DNA from: Torpedo marmorata
Lineage: Eukaryota
NCBI GenBank assembly: GCA_977017645.1
Contig: OZ360225.1
Location: 69,874,001 to 69,938,000 of the forward strand
Reading direction: 5' to 3'
Length of the DNA stretch: 64,000 nt
Both the position numbers and the translations under genes were made by a program. Shown here piece after piece: positions 62,570 to 64,000 of the stretch (its first letter is position 1; the number at the start of each line of letters is the position of its first letter). A model generated the notes under the pieces. The model was not told the origin of the DNA and searched no databases. It was given only the letters and a program-made list of their open reading frames with translations.

Positions 62570-62589
62570 TGTTGGATAATGCTAGTCAA

Positions 62590-63070
62590 TAATCAGAGAG
62601 AAAACCTGAATATAATCACACCCAGTCAACATAGTTTTATGAAAGGTAAATCATGTTTGTAATATGTGCTCGAATTTTTTGAGGATATACCCGGTATATG
62701 ACAGGGAGAGTTGATAGCGGGGAACCTGTAAATATAGTGTATTTAAAGTTCCAAAAGCCACTTGACAAGTTGCCACATGAGAGGCCAATGCATAAATTAA
62801 GAGCTCTAGGTATTGGAGGGAGTATGTTAACATGGATTGTAAACTGGCTGACACATGGAAAACAGAGTTGGAATAAATGGGTCCTTTTCAGGCTGGTGGG
62901 GTGTAACTAATGGAGTACCTCCAATGTTCTTGGCCCTTGTTTACATCAATGATATGAAGGAACAAACAAAAATGATCAAGAGGTATGGAGAGAAGCCAGG
63001 AGCAGGCAACTAAAGTGGATGATCATCAAATTGTAGAATACTCCTGTTCCTATTTTCTATATTTCTATTA
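62590..63070 (+). mobile_element. Decayed CR1 RT fragment
   Basis: VDSGEPVNIVYLKFQKPLDKLPHER..KLRALGIGG..WIVNWLT. Confidence 0.75.
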
Positions 63071-64000
63071 ATTTGGAAGATTAAGCAATTATATAATTGA
63101 AGCTTAAAAGTTATTAAGATAAACTATCCTGGCCAATAAATAGAAACTTTTTCTACTGCTTGAGTAGTCTGGGACTAAGTGGTGCATTATTAAAAGCAGA
63201 GCTAGGTTTTTAGGAGTTGTTGGATAGCAATGTCACATGTAGAGTGGTAGAAACTTGGATTGCTTTTCTGGATGATGCTCACTGGGTTATTCATTTTAAA
63301 TCTGATTTTAAAATGTTTTGTCAACCAACAATATTAAAGTACCAGTATATTGGGAAAAAATAGATATGATCACATTGGATGGCACATTAGCTTCCAGAGG
63401 CTCAATATTCTATTTTTATTTCTATTTTTACTTGGCTACAAAGTGCTCTTGGACATCCTGAAGTCAGGAAAGGTCTTCCATCAATTTATTTTTCTATTTT
63501 CTCTTTTATGTCCATCTGTGAGGACAGATTGGAAGACCCGAGTATAAAATCCCATTCAGGACAGTACTTGCATCGGTGCAGCACTGAGAAACCAGTCTTG
63601 GCCATGTGCTCAATTCTTTGTCATGGGAATCGACAGGGTGCTATCACTAAGTCCCATGTCGTTTTGCACAAACAAAATATTTTTCTGGCTCATTGTTTTG
63701 CCTCTATCATTGGTGACATGAATTGCCTTCTCACAAATGTGGCTTTCCATCGTCTAGACAAGGCTCCATCCTGTTTTCCATCACACCTGCTTTGGAATTG
63801 GCAAAACCACAAACCATACTTGGCTGATATCACATAGAATTTTCTAGCACGGAGCAAACCATTTCGCCTTGCACACCTTTGTCACAGGAATGTCCTCTTA
63901 CTCCATCACAGTCCCCTAACATATCTTTGGAGTCTCCCTTACCATGTACATCTACCTTTCCCTTAAAGACATTTGTGTCACTTCCTTCAATCATTCCATG

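Noticed and set aside
63530-63900. Possible decayed RTE-type LINE 3' end; similar Tx1-like traces at about 14.3-14.5 kb and 34.3-34.7 kb
   Set aside because: Too degenerate to support boundaries or family by eye.
51263-64000. Next GLI3 exon (RFSSPR..RKRTLSISPLSD)
   Set aside because: Not found by eye or in the ORF track; it probably lies beyond the window.

Overview
Vertebrate nuclear DNA, most likely a cartilaginous fish (shark/ray/skate), inferred from the repeat families. The window lies inside the GLI3 gene on the + strand. It contains three consecutive coding exons: 7890-7995, 43278-43483 and 51122-51262. All have canonical AG/GT sites and compatible phases, and they correspond to human GLI3 exons 4-6 (N-terminal repressor region). 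The rest is intron, densely filled with nested transposable elements: a full-length decayed Mag-type Gypsy provirus with an inverted truncated sister copy, a solo LTR, CR1, L1 and Rex1/Babar LINEs, Penelope-like elements carrying minimal hammerhead ribozyme motifs, tRNA-derived SINEs, Tigger/Tc1/hAT DNA elements and a U6 retro-fragment. Several repeat-poor segments are candidate enhancers. Nearly all ORFs in the supplied track are TE fragments or noise. I see no clearly new gene system. The best leads are the hammerhead-bearing paired and foldback Penelope insertions, the inverted repeats bracketing an in-frame GLI3 exon (circRNA or skipping potential), a Rex1 lineage whose two copies share a frameshift, and a composite hAT MITE. 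Family assignments come from recalled consensus features, not database searches, and TE boundaries without a stated TSD are approximate.
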